Source of the DNA: Dehalococcoides mccartyi
GTDB taxonomy: Bacteria; Chloroflexota; Dehalococcoidia; GIF9; DYGU01
NCBI GenBank assembly: GCA_020724525.1
Contig: DYGU01000003.1
Span: 38,105-102,104, forward strand
Reading direction: 5' to 3'
DNA: 64,000 nucleotides
A program made the translations under genes and the position numbers. The notes beneath the pieces were generated by a model, which saw only the letters and a list, made by a program, of their open reading frames with translations, made no database searches and had not been told where the DNA came from. Below, piece after piece: positions 40,192 to 49,465 of the stretch (position 1 is its first letter; each line of letters starts with the position of its first letter).

Positions 40192-42249
40192 TCAGGTCAG
40201 CAGTGATGGTAGAAGTGGCTGCCCCACCAATGGCAATGCTGGTTGGAACGGCGCTGATGTTAAGGACAAGCCATGGTCATAGTCAACATAATCCGAGACC
40301 TTATCACCACTGCCGGGGCTGGTTCTCGGTCCATCATTAGCCCCCCACCAGTTGTTGGTGGCATTGACTTTAAGCTTACTTTCGTTTAAAACACCGTAGT
40401 TTGAATTACCCACGATGATATTACCGGGACTGATGATGACCCGGTAATCTTCCGCCATACCGTAGATGTATATGCCGTCCGCGAGATTCCCGGAGATGGC
40501 GTTACTGACAATGACTACTTCGCCATACTTATCCACGTCATAGATGCATATGCCGCAGAGAGCATTGCCCGGGTATTGCAACCCCTTACCTATGATGTTA
40601 TCACTGATAGTGAGCAACGCTTGCTCTACGCTAAAACTGAATATCCCATGACCAAAGTTGCCGCAGATAAAGTTAGTAGTAATTTCAACATTGCTACCAC
40701 CCACAACCCAGTTCAAGTATATGCCGTGAGCTTCCTCGGGACCATTAGTGGCGATTTTATTCTTAGAGATAATGACGCTGCTATCTTCCGAAACATCGTG
40801 CTCGAAGAATATGCCGCTATATGTGTTCTCGGAGATGGTGTTGCCGCTGATGCTGGCACTGCTCTTATATACATAAGCGATGTATAGCCCATAACCAAAG
40901 TTTTTGCTGATCAAGTTGTTGTTCACGATGTAAGTAGCACTATCTGAGATTCCCTCGTGGTATATGCCGCCATAATACCAAATACTGCCGTTGTTCGTAA
41001 TTTCGTTAGCGCTAATGGTGATGCTGCTCCCATATGCAAGTGAGCGGAGGCGTATGCCAGCAGAAGGGTTTCCGGAGATTTTATTTTGGTCGATGGTAAC
41101 ATTGGTGCCAAACAGCCAAAACTGAGTTTGGTGTATCCCGTAAAGGGAATTGTTGCTGATGGTGTTGCCCTGGATGAGGACAATGGGACCGAAGTACCAC
41201 TGGGGAATTTCCTCGTCTTCCCAGAAATAGTCACCATACACACCGAAGGACCCCAATCTTATGCCATCATAATAAGGCTTTTCCGAACCATTTCCGGAGA
41301 TGTCATTGCCCCGGATGGTGAGCTTGCTGGCAAAATCCATATGAAGGATATTTATCCCGCTATAGCCGTTGAATTCTATAGTGTTCTCATCAATAATAAT
41401 TTTGCTCTTACCATATTGCTGAAAGTAACTGTAGTAGGTATCCGGGTCTTCCACGGGGTCAAAGCCGACGGAGCCAATGAATATCCCTTCATAGCTGTTA
41501 TTGGAGATGCCATTTTTCTTTATGGTCACAGTGCTGCCATAGTCCACATAGTCAATAGTTACCCCTGGACGATTGTTATCCTTAACAACATTACCCTTAA
41601 TGGTAAGCCTGCTGCCCCAGTATACCTCTTCAACGTATATCCCCTCACTGCCGTGTCCGGAGATAGTGTTAGCCTCAGCCTGATTAGCACCACCAATGGT
41701 AACCATGCTCCTGTAATGCAGCTTGTTAGTGTAGATGCCGTAGTGCGCGTTGTCATCAATAACATTGCCCCAGATTGTAACTGTGCTTTTCCCATTCACC
41801 ACCTCGAGTTTTATCCCGTACTCGTTTCCATGGATGATATTTTGGCTAATGGTAAGTTTACTTTTATTGATTATCTGGGCATATATCCCGGCCTCGCCGC
41901 CAGTGACGGTAAACCCTTGAAAGACGACCATCTCAGCGTCAAGTATGATGGTAACTACATGGTTCGCGACGGCCAAGGCGTCAATGATAGTCACCTCAGC
42001 ATTAACACTGGACTTCAGGGTTAGAGACTTATCAATTGTTATATTCTCTTCATATACTCCCGGCGCCACAAGGATGGTGTCCTTGGCGTTGGCAGCATTA
42101 ATGGCTGCCTGAATGGTAGCGTAAGGCTTCCCTGGTCCAACCTCAAGGAACGCTGCCGCCACCGGGCTTGCCGGAACTATGGCTACTCCGAGCGCTAAAA
42201 CCAGCGCCGTAATCACCAGTAGCAAAACAATTTTGTTCCCTTTAGCCAT
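40192..42249 (-). CDS. N-terminal part of secreted right-handed parallel beta-helix repeat protein (signal peptide plus PbH1 repeats)
   Basis: Signal peptide MAKGNKIVLLLVITALVLALGVAIVPASPVAAA. More than 15 PbH1-like repeats (NxIxxNxxxGIxxxxS...). 685 aa, terminating 60 nt after the frameshift point. Confidence 0.7.
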   Translation of the reverse strand: MAKGNKIVLLLVITALVLALGVAIVPASPVAAAFLEVGPGKPYATIQAAINAANAKDTILVAPGVYEENITIDKSLTLKSSVNAEVTIIDALAVANHVVTIILDAEMVVFQGFTVTGGEAGIYAQIINKSKLTISQNIIHGNEYGIKLEVVNGKSTVTIWGNVIDDNAHYGIYTNKLHYRSMVTIGGANQAEANTISGHGSEGIYVEEVYWGSRLTIKGNVVKDNNRPGVTIDYVDYGSTVTIKKNGISNNSYEGIFIGSVGFDPVEDPDTYYSYFQQYGKSKIIIDENTIEFNGYSGINILHMDFASKLTIRGNDISGNGSEKPYYDGIRLGSFGVYGDYFWEDEEIPQWYFGPIVLIQGNTISNNSLYGIHQTQFWLFGTNVTIDQNKISGNPSAGIRLRSLAYGSSITISANEITNNGSIWYYGGIYHEGISDSATYIVNNNLISKNFGYGLYIAYVYKSSASISGNTISENTYSGIFFEHDVSEDSSVIISKNKIATNGPEEAHGIYLNWVVGGSNVEITTNFICGNFGHGIFSFSVEQALLTISDNIIGKGLQYPGNALCGICIYDVDKYGEVVIVSNAISGNLADGIYIYGMAEDYRVIISPGNIIVGNSNYGVLNESKLKVNATNNWWGANDGPRTSPGSGDKVSDYVDYDHGLSLTSAPFQPALPLVGQPLLPSLLT

Positions 42250-42413
42250 TTTTAAGCCTCTTTTACAGTCAGCATCTCTTTACCGGTGCCAATATTAAGA
42301 GCTGAACATAGGTATTGTCAATAGGTCGGTTTAAAACCCCTGCCTTGACGGTCCCAGTTTAGTTGTCTAAACTTGAAGTAGCAGATTAAAAAGGGGTATA
42401 GGGGTTGATAGAG

Positions 42414-42608
42414 ATGAGTTTCTGGGAACTATTGGCCTTGGCCGGGACTATGGCAACCATCTTTGGTATATTTACTACAATTTATGCCGTAATAAATGGC
42501 AGAAGTACCAGGAAGATACTCAGTAGAATAGAGCAGGGACAGACCGAAGCCAGAAGAGAAATGGCTGAGGCTATAAAGTTCCTTGGACAGCTAATTAAAG
42601 CCCCATGA
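42414..42608 (+). CDS. hypothetical small membrane protein
   Basis: 64 aa from ATG 42414 with one TM helix (LLALAGTMATIFGIFTTIYAVI) and an amphipathic tail. Weak support. Confidence 0.3.
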   Translation: MSFWELLALAGTMATIFGIFTTIYAVINGRSTRKILSRIEQGQTEARREMAEAIKFLGQLIKAP

Positions 42609-42649
42609 AAAATTTGCTTCGCTATTATCACCCCACCAAATCTTCGATT

Positions 42650-42730
42650 TGGTGGGGAACCCCGGGACCCCGCTTGAAGTGAAAGTAAATTCGGGATCCT
42701 CTGAAAAACTTTGTTTTCAGGGGTAATTAA
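42650..42730 (+). repeat. intergenic repeat element, divergent copy C
   Basis: AAATTCGGGATCCTCTGAAAAAC-TTT-GTTTTCAGGGGTAATTAATT shares the 3' hairpin module and AAATTCGGG lead-in with copies A and B. Stem differences are compensatory. Confidence 0.45.
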
Positions 42731-42821
42731 TTGACTCTGAATCGGAAAAGACAAGGCAGGTGCTTAAAGCCCAGCCCTGATTAGTATTTTTAGTTTACTA
42801 CCTGAGCCAACCTTGATGAAA

Positions 42822-44009
42822 TCACCCCGGATTAATACCAAAAATAGCCACACAACTTACCTGAGGATGACCACCAAGGGTATGTGCTAAACCCACCTCA
42901 GCCCTCTTTAATTGACGGGCTGGTAGTTCAGCTTTCCCTTGAAGTTGTTTATAAACTTCGTAGGTCATCCTCAGTCCACTGGCGCCTATCGGGTGCCCAA
43001 AAGCCTTTAGTCCCCCATCACTATTAACAGGCAAATCCCCCTCCAAAGCAAAGTTTCCAGCTTCGACATCTTCCTTAGCCCTCCCCTTCGGGCTGAAACC
43101 AAAATCTTCATATATTATGAGTTCAGTAATAGTAAAGCAATCATGGACTTCGGCTAAGTCTAATTGCTCCCGCGGCTTAGTTATCCCAGCTTGCTGATAG
43201 GCTTGTCGGCTGGCAATTCGGTTTACTTCAAAGCCAGTCCAGTCAAAATTAGGTTCAAAATGAGGCATCATCGGGTTCTGGGATAACCCTATTCCTTTTA
43301 TATAAATAGGGTTGTCTTTAAATTTTTTAGCTATATCACCTCTAACCAGGATTGCCGCTGCCGCCCCATCGCTGTTACCACAACAATCAAACAGCCCCAA
43401 GGGCCAGGCAATAATAGGAGCATTTAATACTTGCTCCAAGGTCACCTCTCTCCGCAAATGAGCCTTAGGATCCAGGCTCCCATTACGATGGTTTTTAACG
43501 GCAATCTTAGCCAGAACTCTTTTACCTTCGTTAGGACTTAGTCCATAGGTATAAAAATACCTGGTAGCAATTAAAGCAAAAGAGCCAGGAGCAGTACGCC
43601 GCATCTCTAAAACTGGGTGCATCCCCCTACCAACACCGAGTCCCGGAAAACCCGTGTCCTTCAGTTTTTCAAAACCTAAGGCTAATACTATGTCATACAT
43701 ACCACTGGCAATACCAAAGGTCGCGTTTCTCAGGGCTTCATGTCCGGTAGTACAATAATTTTCTACCCGCGTCACTGGAATCCGGGGCAGCTTTAAAGGT
43801 TCCGCTAAACACAAACCACCCATACCCACCCAGTGAGCACTTACTGTCCCCACCCAAGCGGCCTGAATATCCTTAGGCTCTATACCAGCATCAGTATAAG
43901 CTTCATAGGCTGCCTCTATTATCATATCCCCAGAATCCTGCTCCCAGTTCTCCCCAAACTTAGTGCAACCCATACCAATAATAGCTACCTTGTCCTTAAT
44001 ACTTTCCAT
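42822..44009 (-). CDS. thiolase-like protein (acetyl-CoA C-acyltransferase family, archaeal-type)
   Basis: MESIKDKVAIIGMGCTKFGE... with catalytic-Cys context (LFDCCGNSDGAAA) and GHPIGASG near the C-terminus. 395 aa. Confidence 0.85.
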   Translation of the reverse strand: MESIKDKVAIIGMGCTKFGENWEQDSGDMIIEAAYEAYTDAGIEPKDIQAAWVGTVSAHWVGMGGLCLAEPLKLPRIPVTRVENYCTTGHEALRNATFGIASGMYDIVLALGFEKLKDTGFPGLGVGRGMHPVLEMRRTAPGSFALIATRYFYTYGLSPNEGKRVLAKIAVKNHRNGSLDPKAHLRREVTLEQVLNAPIIAWPLGLFDCCGNSDGAAAAILVRGDIAKKFKDNPIYIKGIGLSQNPMMPHFEPNFDWTGFEVNRIASRQAYQQAGITKPREQLDLAEVHDCFTITELIIYEDFGFSPKGRAKEDVEAGNFALEGDLPVNSDGGLKAFGHPIGASGLRMTYEVYKQLQGKAELPARQLKRAEVGLAHTLGGHPQVSCVAIFGINPG

Positions 44010-44012
44010 AAC

Positions 44013-45449
44013 TCACCCTTCTCTTACCGGTCGGCATTTCCAAAAATAATTGTGGAAGCCACCGAACTGATGAAATTTGCGTAATACCATCTCCACAGGC
44101 ATGTCCACCTTGACCTCTTCAGCCTCACAGTCCGTCATCAGACAATAGATTCTGGCTCCTCCCTCAGATTCAACCACCGTCTGCACTACTGGTGGCTGGG
44201 GTGTACCCGCCAAGTAGTCCAAGGAGAAAGTGAAGACCTTTCCTCTTTTATCGGTAAGTCTTACCTCTTCATATTCATCTTTAGACTGGCAACCGTAGCA
44301 AACCCGCTGTATAGGAAAGGTGACTAAGCCGCACCGTTTGCATTTACTGCCATGACCCGCCAAGACCCAGTTCCGTGTCCGCCACACTACCGTCGCTGAA
44401 GGAAAAAGACGGACAAATTCTTCCGACTGGGCCACCAGTTGCCGGAAAAGTAAATACTTCTCATAAGCAGGCAAGGCTCTTTTTGTTGTTAGATATCCTT
44501 CTATATCCCGACGACTCTTAACCCCTTCAATTTCTTGGGTCGCTTGCAAAAGGAAAGCATCACTGCCATCACCGTAACTGGCTAAAAGAATCTTATCACC
44601 AAGTTTGGCTTCACTTAAAGCAGAAGCTAACATAAGTAAAGGATGAGCCACCCCCGTGTTGCCCACACTATCCAGCAGCGAATCTTGCAGCTGAGAATCG
44701 GAAAGTCCCAAGTCCCGTGCCAGCTCCCGATGGCTTCTGCCCTCAGGGGCATAAAATACAGCCTTCGTCAGGTCACCAGTAGCTAAGTTATTTTCTTTCA
44801 TAACCTTCAATATAGCCTCTTTCATATTCCTGGCATAACCATAGCTCAGCACCCAACGGTCTTCCCAGGAACGGACAAAGGTATCTGTGTCCAGCCTCCA
44901 GACATCAATTATATCGTCAGTAGAAGATACCATCTTCTCTACGTTAGCGACAGTTTGAGAATTCCCAATAAGGATAGCCGCTGCCCCATCACCAAAAGCC
45001 TGCTCTTGTACTGACTGAGGGTAGCCAAGACGACAATCAGCAGCTACCACCAAAATATTCCGGGCTGACCCGTTACTGACTGTGTCCAGAGCTAATCTCA
45101 GAGCATTGGTACCACTCCGCAAGGAATTGGCAAAGTCAATAGTAATAATATCCCGACGCAAATCCACGGCTGCCGCCACTATACTGGCACACTGCTTCTC
45201 TTTATAAGGGGAAGTTGTGGAGACGAAAAATAAGCCGTCAACTTCGTCTCGGTTAATCCCACCAAGGCAGTTAATAGCTGCTTGTACTGCCATAGTTATG
45301 CTGTCTTCATCGTGATTAGCTACACTTCTTTCACCTCCCATAGACCGTCCACCCCAAGCCTTGGCTATCAAATCCCGGCTCAACCGATAATAGGGCACAT
45401 AAACACCAAAAGAAACAATACCTGCTTTCAAGCTTCTCCTTTCTATCAA
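44013..45449 (-). CDS. HMG-CoA-synthase-like protein fused to C-terminal Zn-ribbon/OB-fold (DUF35) domain
   Basis: N-terminal GIVSFGVYVPYYRL (HMGCS/KAS-III-like) and C-terminal CKRCGLVTFPIQRVCYGCQS zinc ribbon plus OB fold. 3-nt gap to the thiolase gene. Confidence 0.75.
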   Translation of the reverse strand: MIERRSLKAGIVSFGVYVPYYRLSRDLIAKAWGGRSMGGERSVANHDEDSITMAVQAAINCLGGINRDEVDGLFFVSTTSPYKEKQCASIVAAAVDLRRDIITIDFANSLRSGTNALRLALDTVSNGSARNILVVAADCRLGYPQSVQEQAFGDGAAAILIGNSQTVANVEKMVSSTDDIIDVWRLDTDTFVRSWEDRWVLSYGYARNMKEAILKVMKENNLATGDLTKAVFYAPEGRSHRELARDLGLSDSQLQDSLLDSVGNTGVAHPLLMLASALSEAKLGDKILLASYGDGSDAFLLQATQEIEGVKSRRDIEGYLTTKRALPAYEKYLLFRQLVAQSEEFVRLFPSATVVWRTRNWVLAGHGSKCKRCGLVTFPIQRVCYGCQSKDEYEEVRLTDKRGKVFTFSLDYLAGTPQPPVVQTVVESEGGARIYCLMTDCEAEEVKVDMPVEMVLRKFHQFGGFHNYFWKCRPVREG

Positions 45450-45605
45450 GGCAAAACTGTAATAGTTTAAGTCTAACTTCCACCTAAATCAAGCCTCCGG
45501 TTGTAAAGTGTTTATCAACAATTTATTTTCAATGTAGTGCGACCCCCCATGAAGTGAAGGGGTGGCAATCTCATTGCTTAGTAATCCCTACTTTCATTTC
45601 TACTT

Positions 45606-46337
45606 GTGCCAAAGTATAATTTTGGTATGGAAAAGCTTATTGAGGGAACTGCCGCCCTCGGGCTAAAACTTACCCCACAGCAACAGGAACAATTCCATTA
45701 CTACTACCAAGAACTGATAAAATGGAATAAGAAGGTAAACCTTACTCGTATAGTCGACTACAATGAAGTCCAGGTTAAACACTTTGTGGACTCCTTGACA
45801 GTGACCTTAGCCCTCAGCCAAGTACCCAAGGGCTTAAAAGTTATAGATGTTGGCACCGGAGCCGGTTTACCCGGTCTTCCCCTTAAGATAGTTTTTAACC
45901 ACATTAAACTGGTGCTTCTGGAATCCGTAGCCAAAAAGACAGCTTTCCTTAAACATCTTATTAAACAATTAGAGCTAAAAGAGGTAGAAGTAGTCACTGG
46001 ACGGGCTGAGGAAATAGCTCATCAGCCCCAATACCGGGAGCAATTCTTAGTAGTTCTCTCCCGGGCTGTGGCTAAGTTACCCGCCCTGGCTGAACTGACC
46101 TTACCCTTCTGCCATCTCAATGGTCGGGTTATTCTGCTTAAAAAGGGTCAAATCAAACAGGAAGTTGACCAAGCAATTAAAGCTATAGACACTTTAGGGG
46201 GGAGCCTTCAGGAAATAAAGAAAATAGACCTGCCTGGCCTTTCTGACCGGAGATACCTGGTAATTATTGACAAGATTCGACTGACACCGCTAAATTACCC
46301 TCGTCATCCCGGAGTACCGGCACGACGACCAATCTAA
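45606..46337 (+). CDS. rsmG: 16S rRNA (guanine527-N7)-methyltransferase
   Basis: LIKWNKKVNLTRI...VIDVGTGAGLPGLPLKI (GidB SAM-binding motif). The start may be the internal ATG at 45627. Confidence 0.85.
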   Translation: MPKYNFGMEKLIEGTAALGLKLTPQQQEQFHYYYQELIKWNKKVNLTRIVDYNEVQVKHFVDSLTVTLALSQVPKGLKVIDVGTGAGLPGLPLKIVFNHIKLVLLESVAKKTAFLKHLIKQLELKEVEVVTGRAEEIAHQPQYREQFLVVLSRAVAKLPALAELTLPFCHLNGRVILLKKGQIKQEVDQAIKAIDTLGGSLQEIKKIDLPGLSDRRYLVIIDKIRLTPLNYPRHPGVPARRPI

Positions 46338-46368
46338 AAGCGGCTGAAATTAAAAGGAGGTGAGAAAA

Positions 46369-46557
46369 ATGTGGCATCGCCGACGCTTCTGGAGTTTCCG
46401 TTTTGGTTTTCCACCCTTCGGCTTCTTCATCTACGGTCCCAGACCCTTCCCCAGCCGTGAAGAATATCTGCACATGCTTGAAGAATATAAAAAGGAACTG
46501 GAGGAAGAGCTAAAGGAAGTAGAAAAAGAGATAGAGGAGTTGAAGAAGGGCTCTTAG
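46369..46557 (+). CDS. hypothetical small protein (aromatic/Gly/Pro-rich N-terminus, acidic coiled-coil C-terminus)
   Basis: AAGGAGG SD 7 nt before ATG 46369. MWHRRRFWSFRFGFPPFGFFIYGPRPFPSREEYLHMLEEYKKELEEELKEVEKEIEELKKGS. Confidence 0.4.
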   Translation: MWHRRRFWSFRFGFPPFGFFIYGPRPFPSREEYLHMLEEYKKELEEELKEVEKEIEELKKGS

Positions 46558-46566
46558 ACTTATTGA

Positions 46567-47818
46567 TTATAGCCTGACCCAACCCTGCCGGAGCAGGTTA
46601 TAAAGCCCGACTCCTACAACGAAGGCAGCCAGCATATTCCACATGGCTAATCCCGCTGTAACTATCATTACATAGAGGTCCTTCTTCTCAGGACTAATAT
46701 CCCAGGCTGTGACTGCCAGCTCCGCCCCAGCAAAGAACAGGATCACTCCCAGGATCGCCGCTGGGAACATCCCAAAAAATACATTTACTGAGTCGCTAAA
46801 AAAGATAGCCAGCACGAGGATGAGAGAGCCGAGAATCACCAATGCCCCGCCATACCTCCGGCCCCATGGCACAACGGGACACCACCAACCAGAGGTGATA
46901 AAAGGTTCATAAGTCCCGTAGTGATGGAGAGCTTACGTTCCGAGACTCTGCGATGAGGAAAAAGTTCATTATTTTCAGCAGCGGTAGCAATGATAGCATT
47001 CCCCAGGGTGAGCAGCACCTGGGGAAGTGCCAAGAACAAAGCTCCCATAGCCATATCCTGCCAGGTGAGGTTACCCAAAGCAAACCTCGGAAGGTGGAAA
47101 CGGAGACTCACTTGTGAAAGCTCTTTGACTAAACCGGTGTCCTACCACAAGGCTACCACTCCCCCTAATACTAATAACACAAACATAGCTGGTATCCTGG
47201 GGCTGGACAGAAGGAAAAGGGTGAGAACCATAGCCATACCAGCTAACCACGGGGTAGGTAACATCATCTTCACCCCCTCAGCTATGAAAAGAAACCCAAA
47301 ACCAAGCATTATACTCCACACCACAGGTTTAGCTGCCAGCTTTGCCACTACTCCTATCAGATTAGTCACTCCAAGCACTAGCCAGACTAAACCAGTAACT
47401 ATACCAGCCCCATAGAGCATCCCAGGCGTTATAGCGCCCGCCTGGACAATGGCACTGGCGCCAATAGCTTTCATGGGTTGGACAGGCACAGGCGTCTTGT
47501 AAAAAAGTCCACAGCAATCTTGGCAACCCCAAAGGGCAGGAGCACTCCAAGGGGATCCAGCTTCATTACCGAAATATAAGCCACTACAAAAGGAATGAGA
47601 GTGCCGAGGTCGCCAAAAGCCCTCGCTCATTCTGTAAGAGAGTAAACATTGCCAGGCTTGACTTCCCCGATGGCAGACGGACGTTGCTCCAAGGGTATCA
47701 TAGACCTCAGACGGCGACGCCAGGCAGAAAATCGTTGGCTTCCCCAGCCCATGCTTTCCCCCAGGCAACCATTATAAGGCAATGTCAACGATTGAGCCAA
47801 AACTACGTGTTGCGTCAA
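46567..47818 (-). pseudogene. MOT1/SulP-related putative molybdate/sulfate transporter, disrupted (in-frame TGA plus at least 3 frameshifts)
   Basis: Family motifs are spread over three reading frames: AFGDLGTLIPFVVAYISVMKL (preceded directly by in-frame TGA), ...PMKAIGASAIVQAG..., ...GGVPLCHGAGGMAGHW then RRYGGALVILGSLILVL... Four overlapping partial ORFs (46567..46872, 46836..47111, 47142..47768, 47627..47818). Confidence 0.5.
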
Positions 47819-48080
47819 AATAAACTGTTACCCCATACCTCAACACATTCCGTCCAACCACTGGCTACATCCACTGAGGTGCACTCTGCTTTCATGTTAC
47901 ATGTTACCTTTTTACTGGGAGTGTACCACTTGAGTTCACTTTTCAGCTTTTAACAGTCCACTTTTGAATTTTATTTAACAATTTCAATTCCGACTATTGA
48001 TAGAACGGAATCCATTTATTAGACTTATTAGACACTGCGGTTGACAACTTGTAATTCATTAGGCGAAAGGAGGGAGTGTT

Positions 48081-49448
48081 ATGGTTGATAACTCTTTGTC
48101 GCCACACGGAGGCAAATTGGTGGAGAGAGTTATGGAGCCAGAGAAGGCGCGGGAGGGAAGCCTTGCCGAGCCTTATTTGCTTGAGGAGACAAGCATGACT
48201 ATCCTGGTAATTGGCGGTGGTATTACAGGTATGACCGCTGCTCTTGGGGCAGCTGATGCTGGTTATAATGTTGTGCTTATTGAGAAAAATGCTGAGCTTG
48301 GCGGCTGGGCTAAAAAACTACACAAACAGTTACCACAAAGCTATCCTTTTGAAACCCTTGAGGAGGTAAATGTTAAATCCATTATTGAAAAGGTCAAAAC
48401 CCACCCCAATATTGAGGTTTTGACTTCCTTTGAAATAGAGGAAATGGAAGAGATAGCCTCAAAAGGTAAGATTACTCGACCTTCAGATGGCAAAATAGCA
48501 AAAAGGGTGGCTTTTATCCAATATGCCGGCTCACGTGAGCCAAACCACTTACCTTATTGTTCATCATTTTGCTGTCTTACATCATTAAAGCAGGCTCTTT
48601 ATGTAAGAGAAAAGAACCCTCATTCAATGGCATATATTCTCTATAAAGATATGAGGACACCAGCTCAATACGAACTTTCTATAAGAAAATACAGGCTGAC
48701 CCGGGTATTATGCTCACCAAAGGTGAAGTAACTGGAGTCAGTGAGGTAACTAATGGTAATCTGTTTGTTGATGCTAAAGACTGTACACCCAAGGGCATGG
48801 GACCAGACTTGTCCAGAAGTTTTCCTCCAGAGGTGTACTGCTTGTAAGAGGTGTACTGAAGAATGTCCCTTTGGCGCAGTAGATGAAGATGAAAAGGCTA
48901 TTCCTTACCATAAGATTACTCGCTGCCGTAGATGCGGTACTTGTCTCGGCTCCTGTTCTGAAAGGATTATATCATTTAAAGATTTCCACATTGATATGAT
49001 AAGTTCAATGTTCAGATCAGTAGATTTACCAGAAGAGGAGTTGACACTTATAGGGCTTGTGTGTGAAAACGATGCTTATCCCGCCCTGGATACAACAGCA
49101 ATAAAGCGGCAAAAGCTTCATCCGGCAATAAGGTTTGTCCCAGTTAGATGTCTTGGCACATTGAATTTAGTCTGAATTTCTGATGCCCTAGCCAGAGGCA
49201 TTGATGGTATGATATTACCTGGCTGTAAGTTCGGAGAAAACTACCAGTGTCATTTTATTAAAGGAAGTGAACTTGCTGATTATAGACTTGGAAAACTTCA
49301 TGAGACACTGGACAGGCTTAAGCTTGAATCCGAAAGGGTCCAGTTAGTGCAGCTTTCAATAACAGAATATGATAAGTTGCCACAGATATTGAATGAGTTT
49401 GTCCAAAGGCTTGAGGAGATAGGTCTAAATCCGTTTAAGGGATTGTAA
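48081..49448 (+). pseudogene. HdrA-like FAD/FeS oxidoreductase fused to MvhD-like domain, disrupted (2 frameshifts plus in-frame TGA)
   Basis: ILVIGGGITGMTAALGAADAGYNVVLIEKNAELGGW and RVAFIQYAGSREPNHLPYCSSFCC (HdrA). After the frameshift, FYKKIQADPGIMLTKGEVTGVSEV. Then the ferredoxin insert CTACKRCTEECPFGAV...CRRCGTCLGSCS. Then the MvhD-like VRCLGTLNLV-TGA-ISDALARGIDGMILPGCKFGENYQCHF. Confidence 0.55.
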
Positions 49449-49465
49449 ATGTAGGAGTTTTTAAA

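Noticed and set aside
49173-49175. In-frame TGA in the MvhD-like domain (and TGA at 47627..47629) as selenocysteine or alternative genetic code
   Set aside because: TGA terminates carB and other intact genes here. The aligned position is not Cys in MvhD homologs. No SECIS-like hairpin seen downstream. Accompanied by frameshifts, so nonsense mutations are more parsimonious.
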